Assembly: GCA_019192455.1 (NCBI GenBank)
Contig: JAHCML010000003.1
Span: forward strand, 1,388,160-1,452,159
Source: Alphaproteobacteria bacterium SS10
GTDB taxonomy: Bacteria > Pseudomonadota > Alphaproteobacteria > TMED2
Length of the DNA stretch: 64,000 bases
Direction: 5' to 3'
Position numbers and translations under genes: made by a program. Below, piece by piece: positions 28,644 to 40,782 of the stretch (its first letter is position 1; each line of letters opens with the position of its first letter). The notes below the pieces were generated by a model. That model searched no databases and was not told the origin of the DNA. It saw only the letters and a program-made list of their open reading frames with translations.

Positions 28644-29753
28644 TTAGGCCTCGTCTCGACTACGCAGATAGCGCTCCCAGCAATCCCTGCCAAGGGTGTG
28701 GACGCTGTGTCGCTTGTAGCGCGGGGCTGCAGCTAGCTCTTCAAGGTCGATAGAGCCGAGGCCCGCGCGCCCATCACCGCCGATCAACTTCGCCGCGCGA
28801 AACCACTCAATATGGTCGATCAGATCAGCGGCTAGGAAGCTTGCGGCAACCTCACCGCCCCCTTCTATCAACACACGGGTTAGGCCCTTGGCCGCCAATT
28901 CTGCAGCGATCACGGCCGGGGTTAGGTCATCCGCGGCGATTAGTTCCGCCCCGGTTTCTTGCCAGCCGCCAACATCAGCGCCAGAGCGATGGAAAATCCA
29001 CAGCGGCTGTTCCTTGGCAGTTTGGCCCAGCTTGCTATCCGCCGGCGTGGTCAACTGACTATCCAGCAGGATGCGAACAGGTGAACGGGTGCTCAAGCCC
29101 GGCAGCCTCGTATCCAGCTTCGGGTTATCCGCCATGGCTGTACCGCGGCCGATCAGAATGGCGTCATGACTAGCGCGGAGAGCATGGCCAGCGGCACGGG
29201 CCGCTGGCTCCGTTATCCATTTGCTGGTGCCGTCGGCCAGGGCAATACGCCCATCCAGGCTCGTTGCCGTTTTCCAGGTAAACAGTGGGCGATTAGCGGT
29301 GACGCGGTTTAGGAACCCAGCCAGATCAATCCCGGCCTGCTCAGCACCAACGCCAACAACAACCTCTACACCCGCTTCTCGAAGGGTGGCGATGCCACGG
29401 CCATTGACGCGCGGGTCTGGATCCTCAATGGCGACCACAACCCGTTTCACGCCAGCGGCGATCAACGCGTCACAGCAAGGCGGCGTCTTCCCGTAATGGG
29501 CGCACGGCTCCAGGGTGACATAAGCAGTCGCCCCCTGAGCCTCGTCGCCAGCTTGCGTCAAAGCCACCACCTCGGCATGGGGCCGGCCGCTCGGTTGCGT
29601 CCAGCCGCGGCCCACCGTGACGCTATCTCTGACGATCACGCAGCCAACCGCCGGGTTGGGCCAGCACTGCCCCAAACCACGACGGCCAAGCGCGATGGCC
29701 GCCGCCATGTGGTGGGCGTCAGCGGCCTGGTTCGCAAGCTGATGGGAGGTCAC
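28644..29753 (-). CDS. ribD: Bifunctional diaminohydroxyphosphoribosylaminopyrimidine deaminase / 5-amino-6-(5-phosphoribosylamino)uracil reductase.
   Basis: CMP/dCMP-type deaminase motifs ([20 protein letters not shown]) plus a C-terminal reductase domain. Confidence 0.9.
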   Translation of the reverse strand: MTSHQLANQAADAHHMAAAIALGRRGLGQCWPNPAVGCVIVRDSVTVGRGWTQPSGRPHAEVVALTQAGDEAQGATAYVTLEPCAHYGKTPPCCDALIAAGVKRVVVAIEDPDPRVNGRGIATLREAGVEVVVGVGAEQAGIDLAGFLNRVTANRPLFTWKTATSLDGRIALADGTSKWITEPAARAAGHALRASHDAILIGRGTAMADNPKLDTRLPGLSTRSPVRILLDSQLTTPADSKLGQTAKEQPLWIFHRSGADVGGWQETGAELIAADDLTPAVIAAELAAKGLTRVLIEGGGEVAASFLAADLIDHIEWFRAAKLIGGDGRAGLGSIDLEELAAAPRYKRHSVHTLGRDCWERYLRSRDEA

Positions 29754-30247
29754 TTTTTCTTCTTACCGGCTTTTGAGCCACCGGTCAGGCTATCGACGTC
29801 AGCGCCAATCGATTCCAAAAGCTCTTCGAAATCAGCAACTTCACGGAAGTCTTTGTAAACAGATGCATAGCGAACGAAGGCGATCTGATCGAGATTGGCG
29901 AGCTTATCCATCACCGCCTCACCGATCTGGTTGGCGTTCACTTCGCTATCGCCTGAGGACTCCAGCTCACGGACCAGGGAGTTCACCACGCGGTCGATAT
30001 GCTCAAGGTCAACGGGGCGTTTACGCAAAGCCACCTGCATCGAGCGCATGATCTTGTCACGATCGAAGGGCTCACGCTTACCGTCAGATTTAACAACGGT
30101 CAGCTCACGCAACTGCACCCGCTCAAAGGTGGTGAAGCGGGCGCCACACTCAGGGCAGAACCGGCGGCGGCGGATCGCGGAATGATCCTCCGTCGGGCGG
30201 GAGTCTTTAACCTGGGTGTCTTGGTTACTGCAGAACGGGCAGCGCAT
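29750..30247 (-). CDS. nrdR: Transcriptional repressor NrdR.
   Basis: [18 protein letters not shown]...[16 protein letters not shown] is the zinc ribbon plus ATP-cone. Its stop overlaps the ribD start by 4 nt. Confidence 0.9.
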   Translation of the reverse strand: MRCPFCSNQDTQVKDSRPTEDHSAIRRRRFCPECGARFTTFERVQLRELTVVKSDGKREPFDRDKIMRSMQVALRKRPVDLEHIDRVVNSLVRELESSGDSEVNANQIGEAVMDKLANLDQIAFVRYASVYKDFREVADFEELLESIGADVDSLTGGSKAGKKKK

Positions 30248-30351
30248 CAGCCACAACCTTTAGGGGTTATCAACAGGGATAACACACCAGATATATAGCC
30301 GATCCCCGTTCTGCAATACCAGATTTATGAATTACAGCGGGTATTTAGCGC

Positions 30352-31659
30352 TTATTGGTAGATCGGGAAGCGGGCGCAAAGCTCCGCCACTTCCTTCGCA
30401 ACCTTCTGCTCAACCGCCGTGTTACCCTCAGCGCCATTGGCCTTGAGGCCATCGAGCACTTCGATGATCAGCTCACCAACGCGCTTGAACTCGGCAGTAC
30501 CAAAGCCACGGGTTGTACCGGCTGGGGTGCCCAGGCGAACACCAGAGGTCACAAACGGCTTCTCCGGGTCGAATGGGACGGCGTTCTTATTACAGGTCAG
30601 CCCTGCCCGCTCCATCGATGCCTCGGCAATATTACCGGTAAGGCCCTTCGGGCGAAGGTCGACGAGCACCATGTGGCTGTCTGTCCCATTGGAGACGATG
30701 TTCACACCGCCAGCTTCCAATGTGCCGGCCAGCATGCGCGCATTCTCCAAAACCTGCTTGGCGTAGGTCTTGTACTCAGGCTCAAGCGCCTCACCGAAGG
30801 CAACGGCTTTAGCAGCAATGACATGCATAAGCGGACCACCCTGGAGGCCAGGGAAAACCGCTGAATTGATCTTCTTACCCAGTGCGGCGTCATCACAGAG
30901 GATCATGCCGCCGCGTGGACCGCGCAGGGTCTTGTGAGTGGTGGTGGTGACCACATGGGCGTGCTTGATCGGGGATGGGTAAACACCCGCGGCGATAAGG
31001 CCGGAATAGTGCGCCATGTCGACCAGCAGGTAAGCGCCGACGCTGTCAGCGATCTTACGCATCCGCTCCCAATCGATAACCCGTGGGTAAGCAGACGCAC
31101 CGGCAATCACCATCTTTGGCTTATGCTCATTCGCCAGCTCCTGGATCTCGTCGTAATCCAAGAGACCGTCTTCCTTGCGAACGCCGTACTGGACAGCATT
31201 GAACCACTTACCAGATTGGTTTGGAGCGGCACCGTGGGTCAGGTGACCACCGGAAGCGAGTGACATACCGAGGATGGTATCACCGGGCTGCAGCAGGGCC
31301 ATCATCACGGCCTGGTTAGCCTGGGCACCGGAATGCGGCTGCACATTGGCAAACTCACAACCGTAGAGCTTACAAGCGCGCTCAATCGCCAAATCTTCGG
31401 CGACGTCCACGAACTCACAACCAGCGTAATAGCGCTTGGACGGGTAGCCCTCGGCGTATTTGTTGGTCATGACCGAGCCTTGGGCCTCCATCACCGCCTT
31501 AGAGACGATGTTTTCAGAGGCGATCAGCTCAATCTCAGTTTGTTGACGGGTAAGCTCATCCTTGATGGCTTTGGCGATTGTTGGCTCACGAGAGGCCAGA
31601 CTTTCGGTGAAAAAGCCGTCATGTTGGACGGTGTTTTGGGTGACCGGTGCTTCAGACAT
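30352..31659 (-). CDS. glyA: Serine hydroxymethyltransferase.
   Basis: [38 protein letters not shown] and the PLP site [14 protein letters not shown]. Start taken at the internal Met (MSEAPV) instead of the track's 31752. Confidence 0.95.
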   Translation of the reverse strand: MSEAPVTQNTVQHDGFFTESLASREPTIAKAIKDELTRQQTEIELIASENIVSKAVMEAQGSVMTNKYAEGYPSKRYYAGCEFVDVAEDLAIERACKLYGCEFANVQPHSGAQANQAVMMALLQPGDTILGMSLASGGHLTHGAAPNQSGKWFNAVQYGVRKEDGLLDYDEIQELANEHKPKMVIAGASAYPRVIDWERMRKIADSVGAYLLVDMAHYSGLIAAGVYPSPIKHAHVVTTTTHKTLRGPRGGMILCDDAALGKKINSAVFPGLQGGPLMHVIAAKAVAFGEALEPEYKTYAKQVLENARMLAGTLEAGGVNIVSNGTDSHMVLVDLRPKGLTGNIAEASMERAGLTCNKNAVPFDPEKPFVTSGVRLGTPAGTTRGFGTAEFKRVGELIIEVLDGLKANGAEGNTAVEQKVAKEVAELCARFPIYQ

Positions 31660-31780
31660 TTGTTTGCTCCTCAACAGCAGGTGTTGCCCTTCCGGGCATG
31701 CTTGTTCGGCGTTTTCGGGCCGCCGTTCACCCCTGATCTCGTTTGGCTGCATTCATGCAGCTGGCTCGCTAAGTAAAGCG

Positions 31781-32206
31781 CTAGCCTAGTTTCTCAACCC
31801 GGCGGTCATGACGCCCGCCTTCATATTCGGTGTTCAAGAACTGATCGATGCAGTCTTTGGCTGTCTCAATCCCGATCAGTCTCGCGCCTAACGCTAACAC
31901 ATTGGCGTTGTTGTGCAGGCGGGTAAGCTTGGCCATCAGCCCATCGGTGCACAGGGCGGCCCGGGCGCCCGGAATGCGGTTTACGGCGATCGAGATACCA
32001 ATACCGGTGCCGCAAACGGCCAAACCACGCTCAACACTGCCATCGGCAATTGCCTCACCTAGCGCCTTACCAAAGTCAGGATAATCAACCGAATCTGGTC
32101 CGTTGGTGCCCAGGTCCACAACCTCATGCCCCAACTCTGCCAAATACTCGGCGAGCGACTGCTTCATCTCAAAACCCGCATGGTCGGAAGCAACGGCAAT
32201 ACGCAT
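31781..32206 (-). CDS. rpiB: Ribose-5-phosphate isomerase B.
   Basis: MRIAVASDHAGFEMKQSLAEYLAELGHEVVDLG...AVCGTGIGISIAVNR is the canonical RpiB/LacAB signature. Confidence 0.9.
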   Translation of the reverse strand: MRIAVASDHAGFEMKQSLAEYLAELGHEVVDLGTNGPDSVDYPDFGKALGEAIADGSVERGLAVCGTGIGISIAVNRIPGARAALCTDGLMAKLTRLHNNANVLALGARLIGIETAKDCIDQFLNTEYEGGRHDRRVEKLG

Positions 32207-32327
32207 GGACGAACTCTCGGCTGGGGATCATCAAAACTGTGATGCCAGGGGGTACCGAAAGTGGCAGGAAAGCGCAACCGCAGCATGGTCGCATCGCCCC
32301 TGAATGCGGGGCGGCCATGCAATGGGC

Positions 32328-32735
32328 TCAACGCTCTTCCAGCTGCTTTTTCATTACAAACCGGAGTTTAGAGAGCGCTAATTGTTCAAGCTCCCTCGAG
32401 GTTGCTTGGGCCGGCCCCATCACCGCCACCTCGGTCAGGGTCGGGCCGTGCATGGCATAGACCTGCACAAACTCACCGCGCTTACTGAACTCAAAGATGA
32501 TTTCATCATTGGGGCCAATGATGTCGCCCTCAGGCCTGTGATGTCGGCTTTTGCGACCTCGGCTTGGGCGGCTTCCGGCGCTGGATGTCTGGTTCTGGGC
32601 GGGATTGCCGCCCTTAACCACGGGCGCAAAACCGGTTAACCGCGATGCCTCTTGATAGGCCGCGGACGCCTTTGGTGCTGGTTGTTTGCCAGTAAGTGCC
32701 GGGGTGGGCCTGCGGGGCCGGTCGTTATCAGCCAT
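32328..32735 (-). CDS. Conserved hypothetical protein with an Arg/Ser/Pro-rich disordered N-terminal half.
   Basis: The C-terminal ~60 aa (IIGPNDEIIFEFSKRGEFVQVYAMHGPTLTEVAVMGPAQATSRELEQLALSKLRFVMKK) look globular. Family not recognised. Confidence 0.4.
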   Translation of the reverse strand: MADNDRPRRPTPALTGKQPAPKASAAYQEASRLTGFAPVVKGGNPAQNQTSSAGSRPSRGRKSRHHRPEGDIIGPNDEIIFEFSKRGEFVQVYAMHGPTLTEVAVMGPAQATSRELEQLALSKLRFVMKKQLEER

Positions 32736-32766
32736 GGCCGATGCCCGGCGCCCCTACCAAGCCGGA

Positions 32767-33237
32767 TTAAGCCGGGATTGGGTTCAGGGGTGAATAGCCG
32801 ACCTGACCGGTAAGGAAACGCTCAAGGTTTTTCAGCGCGTCATTAACGGTCTTCAGCTGCTCAAGATCGAGGCCGGAATTCTCCACATTGCCGATGTGGC
32901 GTTCAAACACCTCATTCATCAGCGTGCGAATTTCATGGCCTTTGTCGGACAGTTTCACCCGAATCGAGCGACGGTCATGAACTGAACGCTCCTGGATCAG
33001 ATAGCCATTCTCGACCATCTTCTTCAGGTTATAGGAGACATTTGAGCCGAGATAATAACCGCGGGCGGTCAACTCCCCCACCGTCAGCTCATCCTCACCA
33101 ATGTTGTAGAGGATCAGGGATTGGACGTTGTTGATGTCCTGGATGCCTGCGCGCTCCAGCTCAATCTTCAACACATCAAGAAATTGCCGGTGCAGCCGTT
33201 CAACCAATGTGATGGCCTCAAAGTATGGGTGCTGCAA
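32767..33237 (-). CDS. MarR-family transcriptional regulator.
   Basis: Winged-helix core LTVGELTARGYYLGSNVSYNLKKMVENGYLIQERSVHDRRSIRVKLSDKG. Confidence 0.8.
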   Translation of the reverse strand: MQHPYFEAITLVERLHRQFLDVLKIELERAGIQDINNVQSLILYNIGEDELTVGELTARGYYLGSNVSYNLKKMVENGYLIQERSVHDRRSIRVKLSDKGHEIRTLMNEVFERHIGNVENSGLDLEQLKTVNDALKNLERFLTGQVGYSPLNPIPA

Positions 33238-33458
33238 AGTATCCTCCTAAAGCAGGCTGGCTGGGCCAACCTATCCAATCTAGCGCGTCCCAATCAGGGT
33301 ATCGCGGCCAGGTCTGTCGCTTAATCTGGCTATCGTGCCTCAATTATTGCCCAAAAGCCAAGGCCCAGCAGTTTAAATGCTGTCGCCTTACCGGGGGCCT
33401 TAATAGCGACCGAAATTCTCAAATGTCCGCCCTACATCACCGGTTTTGCCCGGTTTGG

Positions 33459-34346
33459 TCAAGCACCGCGCAACATCTTCAATATCGATGAGAAATCCAG
33501 TGCGCCGTTACCACCGTTCACATGCATGGCGTAAAGCGCCGTGGTCTCCGCCCCCAGCGGGGTTGCCGCACCGGAACCGGCCGCAGCCTGTTGGGCCAGG
33601 CGCAAATCCTTAAGCATCATGTCAGAGGTGAAACCAGGCGCGTATTCACGGCTGGATGGTGTGTTCTCAAGCAGGCCAGGAAACGGGCAATAGGTGGTCA
33701 GTGACCAGCATTGCCCCGACGAGGTTGAAGCCACATCGAATAGTTTTTGCGGGTCGAGTCCAAGCTTATCGGCAAGGGCAAAGGCCTCGCACACCGAGAG
33801 CATCTGAATACCCAGCATCATGTTGTTGCAGATTTTCGCGGCCTGACCATTACCAGGACCGCCAGTGTGGACGGTTTTCCCGCCCATTACATCGAGCAGT
33901 GGCTGGGCCTTGGCGACCGCCTCATCACTGCCACCCACCATAAAGGTCAGGGTGCCAGCCTCGGCCCCACCAACGCCGCCGGAAACCGGGGCATCAATCA
34001 TAGCCAAACCGGCGGTTTCCGCAGCACCGGCAATGGCACGGGCGGTTGCAACATCGATGGTTGAGCAGTCAATCAAGAGAGTGCCCGGCTGACAGGCCTT
34101 CATCGCCTTGCCGTCGCCTAAAAACACCTCGGTCACATGATCACCGGCAGGCAGCATGGTGATCACCACCTCCGCGGCACCGGCTGCCGTTGCGGCGTCG
34201 CTTGCCGTCTGTCCACCTGCCTGCTCAAGCGCGGCAAGATTGTCAGCGGACAAGTCAAAACCGATCAGTTCATGCCCGGCGGCAAGCAGGTTCTTGGCCA
34301 TAGGAAGGCCCATATTGCCGAGGCCGATAAAGGCGATCTTGGTCAT
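33459..34346 (-). CDS. mmsB: 3-hydroxyisobutyrate dehydrogenase.
   Basis: KIAFIGLGNMGLPMAKNL Rossmann N-terminus. GGVGGAEAGTLTFMVGG and the NAD_binding_2/11 domains. Adjacent to HIBCH and ACAD. Confidence 0.85.
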   Translation of the reverse strand: MTKIAFIGLGNMGLPMAKNLLAAGHELIGFDLSADNLAALEQAGGQTASDAATAAGAAEVVITMLPAGDHVTEVFLGDGKAMKACQPGTLLIDCSTIDVATARAIAGAAETAGLAMIDAPVSGGVGGAEAGTLTFMVGGSDEAVAKAQPLLDVMGGKTVHTGGPGNGQAAKICNNMMLGIQMLSVCEAFALADKLGLDPQKLFDVASTSSGQCWSLTTYCPFPGLLENTPSSREYAPGFTSDMMLKDLRLAQQAAAGSGAATPLGAETTALYAMHVNGGNGALDFSSILKMLRGA

Positions 34347-34399
34347 GCGTTTCCTCGATTGGTGACTTAGCGTCTTAAACCCGCAGCGGGTGAGATGGG

Positions 34400-35524
34400 T
34401 TAGCCCGTGAAGCTCAGATCGTTCTCGCCCAGCGCCTCAAAATGCTTCTCAACGATGGCGTCGGTAACATCGGTCAACTGCGCAGGCTCCCATTTGGGAT
34501 CGTGGTCCTTATCGACCAGCACTGCGCGAATGCCCTCGTAGAAGTCATGCCCGGCCATACAGCCCTGGGTTAGGCGGTATTCCATGACGAGGCAGCTCTC
34601 AAGATCCAGCGCTGTGCCGCGATCCAACTGCTCACGCGCAATCTTCATACTGGTTGGTGAGCGCTTACCCATCGTCTCGACGGTTTCTTTCGCCCACTCA
34701 CCATCGGCACCGGCACCGCCGATCATTGAGGTCAGCTCGGCGATGATCTCTTCCACCGTGTCGCTACCAAAGGCCTGATCAATGGCATCCTGAAGGGCGG
34801 CTAGCTTGGCCTCACCTGCGTCAGTGACAAAGGGCTCAATAATGCCATCGGCAAACAGGCGCTCTTTACCCGTTTCGGCCTGTCCCCAATCAGCGGAGGC
34901 CAAGGCATCCACGAGGGCATCCAGCTTGTCCGATGGCACGTGGTGGGTCGCAATCTTGGCATAGAGCGCATCGGCAGCACTGAGGCGATCACCAGTAAGG
35001 GCCAGATAGGCGCCCGCCTCACCCGGCGCCCGCGCCAGGACATAGGTCGCACCAACATCTGGGAACAAACCAATCGCGGTCTCTGGCATCGCCACCATGG
35101 TGGTCTCTGTCGCGATCCGGTGTGAGCCATGAACCGATAAGCCAACACCACCACCCATGGTAATACCGTCGATCAGTGCGATGTATGGTTTGGGGAATCG
35201 ATAGATCGCGCGGTTCAGCTGATACTCTTCCCGGAAGAAGTCGCGGGTCAGGGCACCATCCCCCTCACCCGATTTCGCCGCGAGGCCATCCTGATAGACG
35301 GATTTCACATCACCGCCAGCGCAGAAGGCTTTTTCACCAGCACCGGTGATAACCACGGCGGCGACGCTGTCATCCTTGGCCCAGGCATCTAGCTGCGGTG
35401 CCATTTCCCGGATCATCGGCAGGTTAAGCGCGTTAAGCGCCCGTGGCCGGTTCAGGGTGATCAGGCCGAGCGGCCCCTTACGATCGAAAAGGATTTCTGG
35501 CTCAACGGCATCTGATGGGGACAT
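34400..35524 (-). CDS. 3-hydroxyisobutyryl-CoA hydrolase (crotonase family).
   Basis: ITLNRPRALNALN...AFCAGGDV, with the long C-terminal domain typical of HIBCH (374 aa). Confidence 0.8.
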   Translation of the reverse strand: MSPSDAVEPEILFDRKGPLGLITLNRPRALNALNLPMIREMAPQLDAWAKDDSVAAVVITGAGEKAFCAGGDVKSVYQDGLAAKSGEGDGALTRDFFREEYQLNRAIYRFPKPYIALIDGITMGGGVGLSVHGSHRIATETTMVAMPETAIGLFPDVGATYVLARAPGEAGAYLALTGDRLSAADALYAKIATHHVPSDKLDALVDALASADWGQAETGKERLFADGIIEPFVTDAGEAKLAALQDAIDQAFGSDTVEEIIAELTSMIGGAGADGEWAKETVETMGKRSPTSMKIAREQLDRGTALDLESCLVMEYRLTQGCMAGHDFYEGIRAVLVDKDHDPKWEPAQLTDVTDAIVEKHFEALGENDLSFTG

Positions 35525-35615
35525 GGACTAGCACCAACGGGCAACGGCAAAAGCAAAGCGTGATCGCTGAAAGGAAGTGCCACGCCATCGATCCGCGATC
35601 AAGGCGACAAGCCCA

Positions 35616-36770
35616 CTAACTTGAGGATGCTTCCAGAATTTTTCGGGCAACGATCAGGCGCATGATCTCATTGGTCCCCTCAAGGATTTGGTGCACACGC
35701 AGATCACGCAGATATCGCTCAACACCGTATTCCTTGATGTAGCCATAGCCGCCATGGATTTGCAGCGCCTCATTGACCACCCGGAAGGCGATATCAGTGC
35801 CGAACCGCTTGGCCATCGCGCAATACTTCGTCGCATCAGCATGCTTCTGGTCGAGCAGCCGGGCCGCCTTATGCAGCAGAAGCCGCGCTGCCTCTAACTC
35901 CGTCGCCATATCGGCGAGCTTGAATTGTAGCGATTGGAACTCCGCAATCTTCTTGCCGAATTGCGTTCGTTCCTGGGCGTAGTTGATGGCGAGGTCCAGG
36001 CAATGCTGGGCCCCACCAAGCGAGCAGGCGGCGATGTTCAACCGGCCACCATCAAGTCCCTTCATGGCGATTGCGAAGCCATCCCCCTCTTCACCCAACC
36101 GGTTGGCGACGGGTACCCGGCAATCCTCAAAGATCACGGCGGCGGTCGGCTGGGAGTTCCAGCCAAGCTTCTTCTCTTTCTGACCAAAGCTGAGACCGGG
36201 CGTATCCTTCTCAACGATGAGGCAAGAGATACCCTTCGGCCCGTCATCGCCGGTGCGTACCATCACCACATAAACATCGGAGGTAGAGCCACCGGAGATG
36301 AAGGCCTTCGACCCATTTAAGACATAGAAATCGCCATCACGTTCCGCCTTGGTTTTAAGCGACGCGGCATCAGAACCTGCGCCTGGCTCGGTAAGGCAGT
36401 AGCTGGCGAAATGCTCCATGGTCATCAGTTTCGGCAGGTAGCGACTGCGTTGCTGGCCATTGCCGAAGTTATCGATCATCCAGGACGCCATATTGTGGAT
36501 CGAGATATAGGCCGCCGTGGACGGGCAGCCGGTCGATAGCTCCTCAAAGATAACCGCAGCGTCATGGCGGGTGAGACCCGTGCCACCGAACTCTTCCTGG
36601 CAATAGATACCGGCCAGGCCCAGCTCAGCGGCGGCGCGCAACGTGTCGACAGGGAAATGCTCTTGCTCATCCCATTCAGCGGCATGGGGCGCCATGGCGT
36701 CATTGGCAAAAGCCCGCGCCATATCTTGGAATTGTCGCTGATCTTCCGTGAGGTCGAGTGCGGCCGACAT
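35616..36770 (-). CDS. Acyl-CoA dehydrogenase (probably isobutyryl-CoA dehydrogenase).
   Basis: ACAD N-terminal, middle ([11 protein letters not shown]) and C-terminal domains (QIHGGYGY...[15 protein letters not shown]). Context with HIBCH/mmsB suggests valine catabolism. Confidence 0.85.
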   Translation of the reverse strand: MSAALDLTEDQRQFQDMARAFANDAMAPHAAEWDEQEHFPVDTLRAAAELGLAGIYCQEEFGGTGLTRHDAAVIFEELSTGCPSTAAYISIHNMASWMIDNFGNGQQRSRYLPKLMTMEHFASYCLTEPGAGSDAASLKTKAERDGDFYVLNGSKAFISGGSTSDVYVVMVRTGDDGPKGISCLIVEKDTPGLSFGQKEKKLGWNSQPTAAVIFEDCRVPVANRLGEEGDGFAIAMKGLDGGRLNIAACSLGGAQHCLDLAINYAQERTQFGKKIAEFQSLQFKLADMATELEAARLLLHKAARLLDQKHADATKYCAMAKRFGTDIAFRVVNEALQIHGGYGYIKEYGVERYLRDLRVHQILEGTNEIMRLIVARKILEASSS

Positions 36771-36874
36771 CTGTTTCCACCCATCATGGTTTTGATTTGT
36801 TGGCAGGCAGATTAACCGCTAGCCGCCATGGGTCAATTGATGCGGGTCGATTAGTTCAGGTCGCTGGCCTAGCT

Positions 36875-37588
36875 TTACTGGCGACTTGGAAAGCCAACGG
36901 TGCCGCAACCGATTAGGCTGACACCATCGCGATCCTCACGCTCCAAAACCAAGGTACGGCCATAGAGTTGATTGACCGAGATCATGGGCGCAAAGCCGAT
37001 CTGGGTCGCCTGGCCAAAGCCATCCACCATCAGCGGCGGGAAATGGCCAAGCGCAAGCTGGGTTTCAGGCATGTCCTCATAGGCGATGCCGGATAGATCG
37101 GTTGGTGGATAGAGCGTTTCACCAGCGGGCTGCTGTTGCTGGCGGTAAAGTGCATGGGCAGCGGCCAAACGGTGGCGCGTTTCACGGCTGATCGCCTGCA
37201 TCCGCCCCTCGATGTCCCGCGCGTCATAAACACCGCGCGTCACTGGGTTGAAGTGACCAGCAACGGTGCCCTGGGCTGCCATTGCGGTGACATGATCACA
37301 ATGCCGCGCCGCGTTTACAGTCACCGTAATCTCGCCCGGCGGAAGACCATTCAGTACAGGATCAAGGGTTACGCCCCCACTGCCGGTGCCACCATCGGCA
37401 TCCATAACTGTTATCCGGCCAAGTGGACGCAGAACCGAGGGCCCCTCACTATGGGCCATGGCTTGAATCTGAACGGTGATGCGATCGAAGGCAGCGGCCG
37501 GGGTAGCGGTCATCAAGCAGGCAGCCGCGATAAGAGCGCCGAAAATGCGCCGATCTCTTTTGGTTTGCCGCCCCATATGCTCGATCAT
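36875..37588 (-). CDS. Cu/Zn-superoxide-dismutase-like exported protein, divergent.
   Basis: Signal peptide. AGHFNP resembles the SodC GGHFNP motif. GRTLVLEREDRDG and C-terminal LIGCGTVG resemble SodC. An insertion of about 60 aa is present, and no HxH copper-binding dyad is visible in the expected place. Confidence 0.5.
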   Translation of the reverse strand: MIEHMGRQTKRDRRIFGALIAAACLMTATPAAAFDRITVQIQAMAHSEGPSVLRPLGRITVMDADGGTGSGGVTLDPVLNGLPPGEITVTVNAARHCDHVTAMAAQGTVAGHFNPVTRGVYDARDIEGRMQAISRETRHRLAAAHALYRQQQQPAGETLYPPTDLSGIAYEDMPETQLALGHFPPLMVDGFGQATQIGFAPMISVNQLYGRTLVLEREDRDGVSLIGCGTVGFPSRQ

Positions 37589-37693
37589 GGCCCCAACCCA
37601 TGAATTGCAGAGCCTCTAGCCTACAGCAAATGCGGGATTGCTGGAATGGCGTCGCTTGTCATAGGTTGCGGCAACGATAACTGCCGCCGGTAG

Positions 37694-39785
<2,092 letters not shown>

Positions 39786-39801
<16 letters not shown>

Positions 39802-40646
39802 TCGATGATCGCGCTAATTTGCGCGGGATCCATCAAAGCTGGGGCATGGCCAACACCAGGAACTTCGAACAGTTTTGCCCTTGGCCCCCGAACAGTCATT
39901 TGCTCGGCCACATCGCTGGTCAGTAGGTCGCTAACACCACCACGGATCACCATGGTTGGTGATTGGATCGCATCCCATATCGGCCAAAGCGCCATATCAT
40001 CCTCGATCTTCACCTCGAAGGCCTTGGCAATCGCTGGGTCATAGGCAAGGCGGTATCGATCGCCATCGATGCGAGCGCTGTACTTGGCCAGATGGGCCCA
40101 TTCCTCATCACTCAAATCGCCAAATGGCGCGTGGATTACGCGGAGGTGCTGCTCCAACGCCCCGACGCTTTCAAATGATAGGTCCCGGCCCACATAATCA
40201 CCAATTCGGTTCAGCGATGTGGCGGTCACCACCGGCCCCACATCATTGATAATCAAGCGCTTGATCGGTACGGGGCCGAGTGAGGCAATGCCCATCCCGA
40301 TCAGCCCGCCCATAGAGGTCCCGATCCAATCCACTTGCCCCAGCCCCAGATGGGCCAATAGCCCCATCAGATGCTGGCCATAGATTGGGTTGTTGTACTC
40401 ATCATGGTTGGTGAGCCAATCACTCTCCCCCCGTCCGGCAACATCGGGGCAGATGACCCGTCGCCCACGATCTGCGAGCGCCTTGGCCAACGGGTCGAAG
40501 TCACGGCCGTTCCGGGTCAGACCGTGGACACAGAAAATCGGATCCCCCTGAACGGCGCCATCATCCGGCAACCATTCATGAAAAACGAGGGTGAAAGCTT
40601 CTGAAGGGCTCAGCAGTTCAGCAGAGCCGCGCTGGTATGTTGCCAT
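39786..40646 (-). CDS. Alpha/beta hydrolase fold protein.
   Basis: PIFCVHGLTRNGRDFDPLA and GTSMGGLIGMGIA (GxSxG nucleophile elbow). It overlaps the start of the upstream hydrolase gene by 16 nt. Confidence 0.75.
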
Positions 40647-40782
40647 GGTTGATCGCTCGGTCAGGGCAGTTCAAAGCAATGCAGCAATAGACACAGAACT
40701 ATACGCTGGCCAGCCGCGTTTAGACGCCCTATCCAGTTCAAGTTGCATTTCGCCAACCCGCCACACACCGGCCAGAACCGCT

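Noticed and set aside
40591-40782. An upstream extension of the acylase ORF (track start 40591).
   Set aside because: It would overlap the convergent hydrolase gene by 56 nt and adds a non-hydrophobic leader before the obvious transmembrane anchor. The internal ATG at 40783 (MRIITGILAAF...) is the more plausible start.
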